Both the position numbers and the translations under genes were made by a program. A DNA stretch of 64,000 bases from an uncultured virus (IMG/VR IMGVR_UViG_3300015610_002171) (Duplodnaviria > Heunggongvirae > Uroviricota > Caudoviricetes): the IMG/VR virus record IMGVR_UViG_3300015610_002171. One strand, given 5' to 3'. The notes below the pieces were generated by a model. The model saw nothing but the letters and a program-made list of their open reading frames with translations. It was not told the origin of the DNA and made no database searches. Of this stretch, positions 21,965 through 32,121 are shown in pieces (position 1 is the first letter of the stretch; the number at the start of each line of letters is the position of its first letter).

Positions 21965-22259
21965 AAAATATGTTACTGTTACAGAAGGAATGGACTATAG
22001 AACAATTTCAAAAGAACTAGCAAAAATTGGAGTTAATCTAAAACATGCAACAGTTAGAAACATAACTGAGAAAACTATGCCTGTTTTTTTGGAAAACTTT
22101 ATCGAAAATGCAGGTTTTGACACGAAAAAAATTGATAAAGATTCTGTACTTAAAACAGTTCAGTTTTATGATACTTTAATTGAAATTATAAACAAGGTAA
22201 TGATGAAAAACCCAAATTTACTAAAATCAACGATCGAGGAAATACAAAAAACAAAATGA
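21939..22259 (+). CDS. HTH protein, candidate detached sigma region 4.2
   Basis: GMDYRTISKEL..LKHATVRNI; own AGGAG RBS; overlaps the end of the sigma gene. Confidence 0.6.
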   Translation: METKLKQYEKYVTVTEGMDYRTISKELAKIGVNLKHATVRNITEKTMPVFLENFIENAGFDTKKIDKDSVLKTVQFYDTLIEIINKVMMKNPNLLKSTIEEIQKTK

Positions 22260-22562
22260 AGAATGTATCTTTTGGTAGAAAATATGATAAACGAGACACG
22301 AAAGAAGGTATGCCCCTAGAAAGATTTCTTGAGAGAAGAAAACTTGACCTTGTTTCTTGGTTAATGGATAATAAGATTAAATCCGTGGTAGACGCAGAAG
22401 AAAAAGTAAAGACTCTTGGTATTTGCATTACAGCAAAAAGTTTGCAGGATATAATTGATTATTTTGAAAAACCAATTCAGCCTGATGTTGTTGCGGTTCT
22501 AGAAATAGAGGCTGAGTCTTCAACAGAAGAGCCGCAAGAAAAACAGAAAAGAAAAAAACAAA

Positions 22563-22919
22563 CTACTGGACAGCATCCAAATACTCTTTAAGAAGTTCCG
22601 TTTCAATCATCCCAGGAATAATTGGGAACTCTTTAATTCCTTGGTCTGTTAAGAACAATAACCATTCAAGGTTGTAGTTTCCATTTTCTTTCTTTCCAAG
22701 GTATATTGAGGTTTCAATTAAAGATTCAAGCTGAGTTAGGGAATAAGATTTATCGTCGATCCACCATTGTTTGCATCCATTGAATAATTCAATAGCTGGT
22801 CCATCTTCTCGACCAAATTTTCCTTTTTTATACCAAAATTTATCCCCATTTGGATATTCTGCAATTCCTGTAAAATCTTTAGGAACTTCAAGCCATATTT
22901 TTACTTTTATGGTTTTCAT
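22563..22919 (-). CDS. HRxDGPA-repeat family protein (1 repeat)
   Basis: Family N- and C-terminal motifs. Confidence 0.85.
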   Translation of the reverse strand: MKTIKVKIWLEVPKDFTGIAEYPNGDKFWYKKGKFGREDGPAIELFNGCKQWWIDDKSYSLTQLESLIETSIYLGKKENGNYNLEWLLFLTDQGIKEFPIIPGMIETELLKEYLDAVQ

Positions 22920-23584
22920 TATTTGATTACAGGCAAAGATTTTCTTTTTGCTCCGTGGGCTTCAAATCCAATGACTGCATTTAAAGATTTGAGTTTTTTA
23001 TCATTCCAACATAATTTACATTTTTCACATGTTATATTTTCGTGGGTTTGATTTGGACATGGAATTAATTTAAATCCGTGAAATTCATATGCTTTTTTGG
23101 ATAAAAAATTTCGAACAACAATTGCAGGAGCGTATCCTTTTCTTCTTGCAAGTTTCAATTCGTTTACGTTATCAACCGAAGCTAAAACAGATACCGTTCC
23201 CCAACTAGATCTTGCTACAGTTTTCCAGGCATGAGTATAAGACCATACTTTATGTCCCCATTCTTTTGTTGCATTAGAAACCATTTTAGCTGCTTCATTT
23301 GTGCGACAATCTCCAGCAACGTGGATTCTTAAAGGTTTCGTATTTTTTTCTTCTTTAATTGCTTTTTTAATTAACTTTGCTTCCTCTGAGGCAACTTGTT
23401 TCGGGGTGGCTTTCTTTTTATTTAATTTCGAAGTGTGAATCCCAACAAATCCCATCTGAGCATAACAACCATTGTCTTTTAAAGAACAGTCTGTTGGACA
23501 ACTTGATTCTATTGATGAATAAGTTGCGGCAACATTACCAAGTTTTGAATTTGATGTTTTTAAAACTAAAATCGCATTTGTCAT
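22919..23584 (-). CDS. Gp88-like Cys-rich (Fe-S) phage protein
   Basis: SNSKLG, CPxxCxxxxxxCYA, RIHVAGD, YTH, CP..CxxCxxC. Confidence 0.65.
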   Translation of the reverse strand: MTNAILVLKTSNSKLGNVAATYSSIESSCPTDCSLKDNGCYAQMGFVGIHTSKLNKKKATPKQVASEEAKLIKKAIKEEKNTKPLRIHVAGDCRTNEAAKMVSNATKEWGHKVWSYTHAWKTVARSSWGTVSVLASVDNVNELKLARRKGYAPAIVVRNFLSKKAYEFHGFKLIPCPNQTHENITCEKCKLCWNDKKLKSLNAVIGFEAHGAKRKSLPVIK

Positions 23585-23643
23585 TTTTTATTTGTGTTAT
23601 TCTCCTTGTTTATTTTCCATGAAGTCGGCACCATTCTTTATAG

Positions 23644-23867
23644 TGAATTCTCCACGATCAGAAAACTTATATGGGATGAATACGATTCATTTTTTTGTAA
23701 CATTCCTTAAACCGAAGTAGTATAATGTTTAATATCAAAGTTTAAGAAACTAAGATTTCTTAAATTCATCTCCAAACTTAGGGGCAGGGTGCCGTCAATC
23801 ACCCAAACGCGAACAATAAGAAATTATTATTTGCAAGCTCATAACATAAAAGCTTTGAGTAGTTGAC
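23644..23867 (+). mobile_element. Non-autonomous IS200/IS605-type element, family A copy 1
   Basis: LE-like GAATTCTCCA..GGGATGAAT, RE-like CAAGC..GAGTAGTTGAC; inverted homologue at 63136-63345. Confidence 0.7.
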
Positions 23868-23996
23868 AGTGAGACTTTTCGATTAACTGAATCTTACCTT
23901 TAGTTTCTTTTGATAATAAAAGTTTATATCCTTCAAATACATTTTTTGCTTGAAGCTGAGAGTCCAGTTTGTCGTTTATAACAACGATGAATGTCT

Positions 23997-24362
23997 TCAT
24001 TCTGTTATTCCAAGGTTATTGAGAAGAGCTTGAAAAAACGAACCGTCAGAAGTCATTCCTGGAATAATAGGAAATTCTTCAATGCTTTCTTCGGTTAAAA
24101 ACCTTAACCAATCAAGGTCATATTTGCCTTTCTGTTTTCCAATATAAATTGCTCTAACTGTTAACCGAAACAGTTCGTATTTTTGCAAATATTTTCCTTC
24201 AATATACCAAAGATTGCTTCCATCACGGCATTCAATTGCAGGACCGTCTGTTCTGTGTATTATTCCTTCGAATAACCATTTTTTTGTTCCAGATGGAAAT
24301 TCAACAATTCCTGTGAAACCATTTGGAATTTCGTGATGTAAATTTATTTTTATTGTTTTCAT
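23997..24362 (-). CDS. HRxDGPA-repeat family protein
   Basis: Family motifs. Confidence 0.85.
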   Translation of the reverse strand: MKTIKINLHHEIPNGFTGIVEFPSGTKKWLFEGIIHRTDGPAIECRDGSNLWYIEGKYLQKYELFRLTVRAIYIGKQKGKYDLDWLRFLTEESIEEFPIIPGMTSDGSFFQALLNNLGITE

Positions 24363-24418
24363 GGTTTCATTTCTAAATGAGATAAGAATATTAATATCAT
24401 TTTAATAAATTAATTTGA

Positions 24419-24757
24419 TTAATTGACAGTCCATTCTTCTCTGTAAGGCCGTCCTTCTTTATACCATACTCTTGATCCATTTGGATATTCTACAACTGGA
24501 CCATCTTCTCGGTGAAGTTTTCCATCAATAAAATAAAATTTGGTTCCATCAGCGCATTCAATTGCAGGACCGTTCAATCGATGATGTTTTCCTTCTTTGT
24601 ACCAGTTTTTTGTTCCATTTGCAGCTTCAACTGCTGGGCCGTCTTCTCGGTGAAGTTTCCCTTCTTTATACCAACGTCTTTCTCCGTCGATAAATTTAAC
24701 AATTCCTGTGAAGTCTTTTGGAATTTCCGAGATGTGATTTATATCGAGTGTTTTCAT
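24419..24757 (-). CDS. HRxDGPA-repeat family protein lacking the C-terminal domain
   Basis: Repeats only. Confidence 0.8.
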   Translation of the reverse strand: MKTLDINHISEIPKDFTGIVKFIDGERRWYKEGKLHREDGPAVEAANGTKNWYKEGKHHRLNGPAIECADGTKFYFIDGKLHREDGPVVEYPNGSRVWYKEGRPYREEWTVN

Positions 24758-24853
24758 TTTGATTTCATTCCTTTGGTTGACTTGTTGGTTTAGTCCTTTT
24801 GATATCTTAACGAGGCGACTCTAATCAGCCCAGCAGAGTTGATTTTATTGTTT

Positions 24854-25216
24854 TCATCGATTTGTTCTAAGTTTTTCAAATAAGAGTTTGAAGTTTTTAT
24901 CTAATTCCATTCCAGGAATAATAGGAAATTTTTCAATACCTTGAGGTGTTAAGAACGTTAACCATTCAAGATTATGTTTGCCTTTTTCTTTTCCAAGATA
25001 AATTGATGTTTTAACTAAAACATCAATTTTAATAAACAAATACCACCGATCATCAACCCACCATTCTTTTTTTCCATTTACTTTTTCAACTGCTGGGCCA
25101 CCTTCTCGGTGAAGTTTTCCTTCTTTAAACCAATGTTTATTTCCATTTGGATATTCTGCGATTCCTGTGAAGTTATCAGGAACGTCACCCCATGATATTA
25201 CTTTGATTGTTTCCAT
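24854..25216 (-). CDS. HRxDGPA-repeat family protein
   Basis: Family motifs; start at METIKV. Confidence 0.8.
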   Translation of the reverse strand: METIKVISWGDVPDNFTGIAEYPNGNKHWFKEGKLHREGGPAVEKVNGKKEWWVDDRWYLFIKIDVLVKTSIYLGKEKGKHNLEWLTFLTPQGIEKFPIIPGMELDKNFKLLFEKLRTNR

Positions 25217-25220
25217 GGGT

Positions 25221-25727
25221 TTATTCTTCCTGAACAAATTTACCACATCGAAGGCATTCTTTAAATAAGACCAAATCGTAGTCATCTGTTATAGTTCTAT
25301 ACTTGCAACCAATATTTGAGCAAATGAATTTATATTTTATATGATTATATTCTAAATTTCTTATTTCAGAAATTCTATAAACATACCTAATTTCTGCTTC
25401 GTGTTCATCATCAATATTATTTGATGATAATTTAATATCGTCAGCTTTATATTCAAATTTTATAAATTTATATTTTTCTTCTCTTCCATTAAATTTAAAC
25501 AATTGAATAAACTGTGATTTCTCAAACTTTTTTGCAAACTCCCTTTTACAAATTTCACAGTTTTGAAAACTAAAAATAGTTTTTTGGTCTTGGTTTTCTA
25601 AAATATAAATTCCATTTGGAATTGTTTGTTTGCTAATTCTACAGCCAAACCATCTACAGAAAAAATTGGTTGATTCTGTAGATCTTGAAACAATAGATAA
25701 TTCATTTTTTCTATATGGAGTTTGCAT
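25221..25727 (-). CDS. hypothetical protein with FCRWFG motif
   Basis: Motif shared with the ORFs at 47487 and 47983. Confidence 0.6.
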   Translation of the reverse strand: MQTPYRKNELSIVSRSTESTNFFCRWFGCRISKQTIPNGIYILENQDQKTIFSFQNCEICKREFAKKFEKSQFIQLFKFNGREEKYKFIKFEYKADDIKLSSNNIDDEHEAEIRYVYRISEIRNLEYNHIKYKFICSNIGCKYRTITDDYDLVLFKECLRCGKFVQEE

Positions 25728-26261
25728 GATTTTTTCTCCAAAGCAAAAAAGCCAACCAACATCAAGTCAGTCAGCCTTTTATTTTATTTCGAAATTAGGA
25801 CTTGTAATCTTGTTACTTGGAATGAGACTCCAAGTAGTTTCGAATCACTTGTTTGACAGGATTTGGAATTTGATCCTGTCCCTTTTCCCGAACCGTGTTC
25901 TGGAGCATATGTCTCGCAATATCAAGGTGTGCCATTTTCATGTCTGACACTTCGCATTCGAAACAATGCTTCCCGCTCTTCAACCGACCTTCGGCAATTT
26001 CCTTGCCGAGATTCTTGTTGTAAAGATCGGTGGGAGAATCTTTCGTGTGTGCTGTCGCTACGCGGTTAGCAGAAAACGCGTACTGAAATTTGTTTCCTTC
26101 ACCTACTCTTCGGTAGGTGACTGTTACAGTGCGCTTACCGTCGCGCATGTAGAAACGACGAAGTTGAGTTTGCGTTGTGTTCTGTGTTGTTTGCATTTTT
26201 TTTGTTTCCTTTACGACTACGAGCAAAAGCCCTCTTTTTTTAGAGAGATGAATGTTACCTA

Positions 26262-26531
26262 ATTTATTTTCTTACTTGTAAGAAAAAACGAATTTACAAT
26301 TGTTTAACATGCAAGCGGGAAATATCACGAAGTTCTATTTATTGTAAAAGTTGTGTTCCTAAAAAAACTAAAATCAATTGGCCTTCTAAAGAAGAACTTC
26401 AAAAATTGGTTTGGAATTCTCCAATAGAGAATCTTGCGAAAAATTTAGGTGTTTCGTCCCGCGCAATTCATAAAAAATGTAAAAAGTTACATATTGACAA
26501 ACCAAATCAAGGCTATTGGTTAAAACATTAA
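26262..26531 (+). pseudogene. Start-less zinc-ribbon + HTH fragment (HNH homing endonuclease C-terminus-like)
   Basis: Open frame CLTC..CKSC..WPSKEELQKLVW..LAKNLGVSSRAIHKKCKK..GYW; no ATG/GTG/TTG at its 5' end. Confidence 0.6.
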
Positions 26532-26671
26532 TTTAATAATTTTGTTTTTTTGAAGAATCCTTGTCTTAGAATTTAGACTCGAACTGTTCAAATTTAGGTT
26601 TGTGTTGCTCGGTCTCCGAGCTAAGCGGGAAGTGCCAGCAGTGTAGCCACGCCACAACCGCCGTCAACAGC

Positions 26672-27616
26672 TTATTTCTTCTCTATTAAACTGGAGATAA
26701 TTGCCTTTCCGCGTCTTTCAAGTTGCTTAAACTTAATCTTAAAAGATTCAGACTCGAAACCTCCAAACATTTTACTGTTTGCATAAATTTCAGCTAATCC
26801 TACAATCAAATGAGTTATGCAGTTTTTATTTTTTGAAAAATTCTCGACGCCAACATCTTTTAGAGTATGAATGATCATATCATTCCGAATCAATTCAGCT
26901 ACTTCTTTTTCATTTGGGAAAAGTTCTAAATATTTCTGAAAAGAATACTCTGCATGATTTGGAAAATGAGGTTTTCCTTCTTCGTCGGTTTCAAAACAAA
27001 ACGGCTTTCCAATATCATGAAAGACCGTATATTTTGTTAGTTTATATTCAGATGGCAACTTGCTTAAAATAAATTCTTTGTTCGGTTCGAACCAAGAAGG
27101 TAAAGGGAAGTTTTCTTTTACTGGTTTATTTTTAAGTTTTGGAATTACATAGCTGAATAAGTTATGGTGAACTTGTAATCCATGATCTAAAACAGAAACT
27201 CCTTTTGTTTGTTCAGTTGAAATCATTTTATCAACTGCGTCAAAAATAAGTTTGAGATTTAAAGGTTCTTTTGATAGTTTACCTGCTAGCGGCAAACCAG
27301 AACAAAGTCTCTTTGAGTTATCCGTTGGGATTAATGCAATGGCAGTCAAACTGTAACCGATATCAGGTTCAACAAATTCTACAAACTTATGATTTTCTTT
27401 TTGAAGTTTTTCTTTAAACTCAAATAGTTTTTCTTCGTTTTTTACGGCAACGACAACCAAAGAATTTGATCCCCATTTATTCCATTCTTCAAATTCTTTT
27501 TTATATTCTGAAGCAAACTCTGCAACAACGTGCGCTACTTGTGGGATTTGGTATTGAATACCTAAATCCTCTCTTGTGATGACATATAGTTTGTTTTGAT
27601 TATGGTTCTACAACAT
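26672..27616 (-). CDS. PTH2-type peptidyl-tRNA hydrolase + HD domain fusion, in-frame TAG at codon 3
   Basis: AGGA RBS, ATG TTG TAG, then KLYVITREDL..QVAHVVAEF..W..SLVVVAV..EPDIG..LTAIA (PTH2); C-terminal DHG..FHDIGK..HF..HA (HD). Confidence 0.8.
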
Positions 27617-28298
27617 TTTTTTGTTTCCTTTTTTTATTTTATGTTCTTTCTTATTCGATTGTCAGTTCTTTTACTGAAACCGAAAGATTTGATCCTTTTG
27701 CGATAAAAACTGTTCCATCAAATAATTCATATTTTGCCTTTTCTAGCGCCATTGTTTTATCGATAGCATAAACATCAATCATTTGTCGTTTTTTTGTAGA
27801 TTTCTCTGTGAAAACTACACGATAAAGTGTCTCTTTTTGCTTTTCTTTTGATTCCATTGCTATTTTATCACTTTTATTAAATCAGAATCTGACTCTTTTA
27901 TTCTTATTGTTTTTTTTATTTCTTTTTCTTTTGATAAAGAAATAAAATTTCCATTTTGGTCTTCTATTATTGATAGAACTTCTGTTTCCAATATAGTTTG
28001 GATTTTATATTCAAAATATATATCATTTTTGGCAAATGGATTTTTTAGTTTTTGGTCAGTTTCCAATACGATAACAGAGTTATCTGTCTCATCTAATTTC
28101 CAATATTTTGGTAGGTTTTTTACTTTAATTTTTTTCATCTTGTTTCTTTTTCATAAAATAAAACAATCATTTCAAAAATAATAAGCGCAACAAAAGAATT
28201 TATTATATCGAATTGAAAATATATTTTTCCAAAAAAAGCAAGAAGCAAGTTAAATAAGTTTATTATGCAAAATAGAATTATGAATTTAAGTAAATTTA

Positions 28299-28739
28299 TC
28301 ATCTTTGGAAATAAGTAATTTCCTTTTTCATTTCTAGCGCAACCTCAACCGTTGTTCTTGTTCCACTTTTGCCATCTTTTATAAGATAAGCATATAAACC
28401 ATCGCAGTTTTCAACAAGCCATTTATCTCGTTTAAAATATTTCCATTTTTCATAACCACCCTCAGAGACAATAACGATTTGTTGGGCTTGTTGTTTTAAC
28501 AGATTAAAAATCTCATTATTTTTCAAATGATCCTTAAATGGCAAAGCGGCAATATACGGTATATTTTGTGTTAAACAAATTTCGGCAGTTAACAGGTCAA
28601 ATCCGATAGCCATCCCAGTATTAACACTAATTTCGCCGTGCTCTTCTTTTTTTTGAACTAAATATTCAATAAACTGTTTTTTAATTTCATCTTCTGAATG
28701 AAGAAGTTCTCTGTGACCTGTAACAGATATTCTATACAT
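28299..28739 (-). CDS. SLOG-superfamily (YspA/DUF1273-like) protein
   Basis: ISVTGHR, TGMAIGFD, RDKWLVE, SGTRTTV. Confidence 0.8.
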   Translation of the reverse strand: MYRISVTGHRELLHSEDEIKKQFIEYLVQKKEEHGEISVNTGMAIGFDLLTAEICLTQNIPYIAALPFKDHLKNNEIFNLLKQQAQQIVIVSEGGYEKWKYFKRDKWLVENCDGLYAYLIKDGKSGTRTTVEVALEMKKEITYFQR

Positions 28740-28887
28740 GGTGTTAGTATCCAAACACAGCACGAAGTAGTTTAACAAAAATATAGAATACACAAAGAAT
28801 TCCTATTGCTATAGAACCAGTCATTAGACCAATAACAACCTCAGAAATTGATTTTGGTGACTTTTCGTATCTTTCTGTATTCATTTG

Positions 28888-29466
28888 TTATTCCTTTTCG
28901 ATTACAGAGAAAGCGAACCCAGCGTATTGTTTTCCAGACCGATGAAACAAAATCGGGGCAGTCTTATACAAAAATCCAAACAAATAAAACAATTCGCTTT
29001 GTCTTTGTTTAAAAATATCCATTCCGTCATCTTTAAAAACAACACGTTTATGTGGAAGAACTTCTGTTACTTCTAATGATCCTAAAATTGTAAAAATAGG
29101 AAAAGGAATAACTCCTGCGAAACATTCTAATTGATATTCAGTTATCCATAGTTTTATTGGTTTTTTTGTAAAAGGATCTTGACACTCAATTTGAATATTG
29201 TTATTAGCAGATTTTCTTATATGTCTTCTTTTAACATCTGCAAATCCTTGTTTTACAACAGTTTCGAACTCTGACATTATGAATGTGAATTCAATATAAC
29301 CGTTATCTGGTCGCAAAACAGCCAAAATAAATTCAACATCTGGAGCTGTTTCAAACAAGCCTTTCATATAATTTTGAATCGCTGTTTTGCCATAGTTTTT
29401 AATATCAAGAATTGATAAATTTAACTGTTGTTCGATTTCAGTAGAGAATTGAACATTCGATATCAT
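28888..29466 (-). CDS. hypothetical protein (paralogue triplet)
   Basis: Shares DGxDxF C-terminal motif with neighbours. Confidence 0.65.
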   Translation of the reverse strand: MISNVQFSTEIEQQLNLSILDIKNYGKTAIQNYMKGLFETAPDVEFILAVLRPDNGYIEFTFIMSEFETVVKQGFADVKRRHIRKSANNNIQIECQDPFTKKPIKLWITEYQLECFAGVIPFPIFTILGSLEVTEVLPHKRVVFKDDGMDIFKQRQSELFYLFGFLYKTAPILFHRSGKQYAGFAFSVIEKE

Positions 29467-29470
29467 AGAA

Positions 29471-30073
29471 CTATGAAACTACCTCGCATAATATTTTTTT
29501 ATTAACTTTATTAAGATTACGGTCAAAAATTATTCGGCCATCTATTCCTGCAAATTTTAAAATTTGCAATAAATCATTGTGACCATGAGCAAACAAATCA
29601 AAACCATCACCCTTAAGTTTTAAGTTACGACTCCCAGGAGAAATAATTTTACTCCCTAATAACTGAAAATCTAAATAACATTTATCTCCTACTTGGAGAC
29701 TTGTTGAGTCTTTGTCAAATTTGTTAATGTGACCAAAATATCTTTCAAAGAAAATATCTTTGGTAACTCGTGGATCAATCACTTTAATTTTATGCAAAGC
29801 TTGTGTTTGAAGCGGTCCCCACCAGTGTTCGGCAGGTTTTGTTTCTGGATAGCGATCCAAAATTTCATCATAAGATGAACTTGATGTATCTATTTTTATT
29901 AGATAAGCCGAGGCTGAATTAACAAATGAAACAAAATTGATGTTTGGACTTTTGTCGAAAAGAATTTTTAAGGAAGAAAATATAATTTTCTCAGCATTCG
30001 TTTTTAATAAATCAATCTGATTTGCGACTTCTTTTTCTTCAAGAGAAAGTTTCTCTAAAATTTCTTGTTTCAT
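29471..30073 (-). CDS. hypothetical protein (paralogue triplet)
   Basis: DGFDLF motif. Confidence 0.65.
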   Translation of the reverse strand: MKQEILEKLSLEEKEVANQIDLLKTNAEKIIFSSLKILFDKSPNINFVSFVNSASAYLIKIDTSSSSYDEILDRYPETKPAEHWWGPLQTQALHKIKVIDPRVTKDIFFERYFGHINKFDKDSTSLQVGDKCYLDFQLLGSKIISPGSRNLKLKGDGFDLFAHGHNDLLQILKFAGIDGRIIFDRNLNKVNKKILCEVVS

Positions 30074-30671
30074 TTTTTAACCTCAAATTCAATGCCGTGG
30101 TATACTTCACCGCTATTTGTAAAAATCATTCCGTTGTCAGTAAAACCACTAATTAAATCTTGTTCTTCTTTAAAGACATCTAAACCATCGAGTGAAGGTT
30201 CCCATCTTTTATATGGAGAGATAGCTTTTCTGCATTCTTTGAACTTATATTCGAGAAAATAATGCCAAGTAAGAAAAGAAAAGTGTTTTTTATCATTAAA
30301 TACATTAACAACGTAACTGCTACGGCGAGTTATATTTTTATTCGATAAACAGGCAATTTTTTGCCCATTTAATTGGTTAAAAAGTTCAATATCAAAGGTT
30401 CGCTGTAGCTATATTTTTCTAAGTATTCAACTAACGATTTAATATATTCATGGTACATGTCTTCAAATGAATTGTTAAAAAAATGAAGTTTAATATTATG
30501 TTTTGGATTGTTGTGCTCGACTAGTACAAACTTATATTTGGAATTATATCGAAAATATTCTGTAAAATATTCTTTAATAAAGAAATTAGCTTCTTCTCTT
30601 TTTGAGGAAAGAAAAGTTTTTAACTTTTCTTCATATTCTATTTTTCGGTTTCCGTTTTCAGTTATTAGCAT
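30070..30671 (-). pseudogene. Frameshifted third paralogue
   Basis: ORF 30369..30671 continues in another frame (…DGLDVFKEEQDL…EVKK*) to 30070. Confidence 0.55.
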
Positions 30672-30749
30672 AAGTTTTCTTTTTCTCTAGAATGACCATT
30701 GTTCCTAGTATCGAAAAACTACAACAGAGGAAAATATCAAAAATATTAA

Positions 30750-31667
30750 TCACTTGACTAATCCTATTAGGGGTTTTATTTCTCTATTGTAAGAGATTCT
30801 TCTGTGTTTTTTATCTTTTGATAAAATGTAACATCCATATAAGCCCGCAGCAATTGCTGCAACTGTATCTGTATCTCCGCCTAAAAGAATGCACTGTCTA
30901 ACTAACTCATGTAATCCAAGAGAAAGATCAAATTCACTAAACAGTTTTAAGGTCGAAATTGCAGTTAGTAACCCTAAATGATTTGTTCCTTCAACTCGAC
31001 TTAGTGAAGTTACAATGTCTGGAACATACGAAGAATGTTTAATTGTCCATTTAAAAACATCTAATTTGTTGTTGGAGAGCAACATCTCTTTTTGTTTGTA
31101 TTTTATTCCAAATGCAGCAACGGCAATTAATTCTGCTGCATCCACTCCTGTTCCCGAGTGTGTTACTTCGGCTTGAAATCTTGAAAACTTTTTAACCATA
31201 TCAAGGTTCGGAAGTAAACCAATTGGAACTGCTCTCATACACCCGCCATTCTTTGTTGATTTTCCAAAGGCGGCAACCTGCTCTAAAAATTCATTTGCTG
31301 TTCTTGAAGTAGATAAAACTTTATATAGTCCAGTAGAATATCCTTGTCTTGGATTTGACCTAAATTCCATTAAAAAATACCTGCCAACAACTCGGTCATC
31401 AAACCATTCAGATATCTGCTCTTCTTTCATTAATTTAATAAGAGCAAGACTCATTTGTGAGTCATCAGTGTACATTCCAGGTTTGAGATTAGACCAATAA
31501 GGATGTTGAATAAATCTTGGTGTTTCTCCTTCTTTCCAAATATTATCTTTAATAAATTTATTGGAAGTATATTCAAATCCCATCCCAAGAGCATCCCCAA
31601 TTTTAATATAATCAATTAGTTTAGAAAAAGGAAGAAAGTTTATATGAAGCTCTTCTTTTGTTTTCAT
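30750..31667 (-). CDS. ADP-ribosylglycohydrolase (ARH/DraG family)
   Basis: GDALG, YTDDSQM, NGGCMR, VTH, GGDTDTVAAIA. Confidence 0.9.
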   Translation of the reverse strand: MKTKEELHINFLPFSKLIDYIKIGDALGMGFEYTSNKFIKDNIWKEGETPRFIQHPYWSNLKPGMYTDDSQMSLALIKLMKEEQISEWFDDRVVGRYFLMEFRSNPRQGYSTGLYKVLSTSRTANEFLEQVAAFGKSTKNGGCMRAVPIGLLPNLDMVKKFSRFQAEVTHSGTGVDAAELIAVAAFGIKYKQKEMLLSNNKLDVFKWTIKHSSYVPDIVTSLSRVEGTNHLGLLTAISTLKLFSEFDLSLGLHELVRQCILLGGDTDTVAAIAAGLYGCYILSKDKKHRRISYNREIKPLIGLVK

Positions 31668-31698
31668 AGTTTTCCTTTTTCCTTTTTCTTATATTTTT

Positions 31699-32121
31699 TT
31701 AGTCGATCTCACAAATCTTAATATATTCCAGCGGAGACTCTTCAAGAACTTTTAAAACGTCTTCTTTTTTGAGCCCACCAATACCACAGCCAATCCAAGG
31801 CAAAGCAATCGAGCGATAACCAGCTTCATTGAGTTTTTCCAAACCTTCCTTTATCCATTCGATTCGAGCATGAGGACCAGGATAATCCTGGGAAGCAATG
31901 TTTAGAATTGTTGTTCCGTTTTCTTCGACAACGAGAACTCCACCAGGAGCAAGTGTTTTATCAATACAAGCTTCAAGATAGAAAACATAGTTCTCTTTAT
32001 ATAGCTTGCGGAATACAGCAGCAATTCCTGCCCCCATTTTTCCTTTAGTGTTAACGCCGTGTCCAATTATTTTATTGGATCCATCAAACAGATCTTGTTT
32101 TATGATTTCAACTTTTGCCAT
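31699..32121 (-). CDS. Macro-domain protein
   Basis: HGVN..GKMGAGIA, ALPWIGCGIGGL. Confidence 0.9.
   Translation of the reverse strand: MAKVEIIKQDLFDGSNKIIGHGVNTKGKMGAGIAAVFRKLYKENYVFYLEACIDKTLAPGGVLVVEENGTTILNIASQDYPGPHARIEWIKEGLEKLNEAGYRSIALPWIGCGIGGLKKEDVLKVLEESPLEYIKICEID

Noticed and set aside
440..25216. Diversity-generating retroelement acting on the repeat genes
   Set aside because: No reverse transcriptase and no adenine-specific TR/VR pair recognised in this window.
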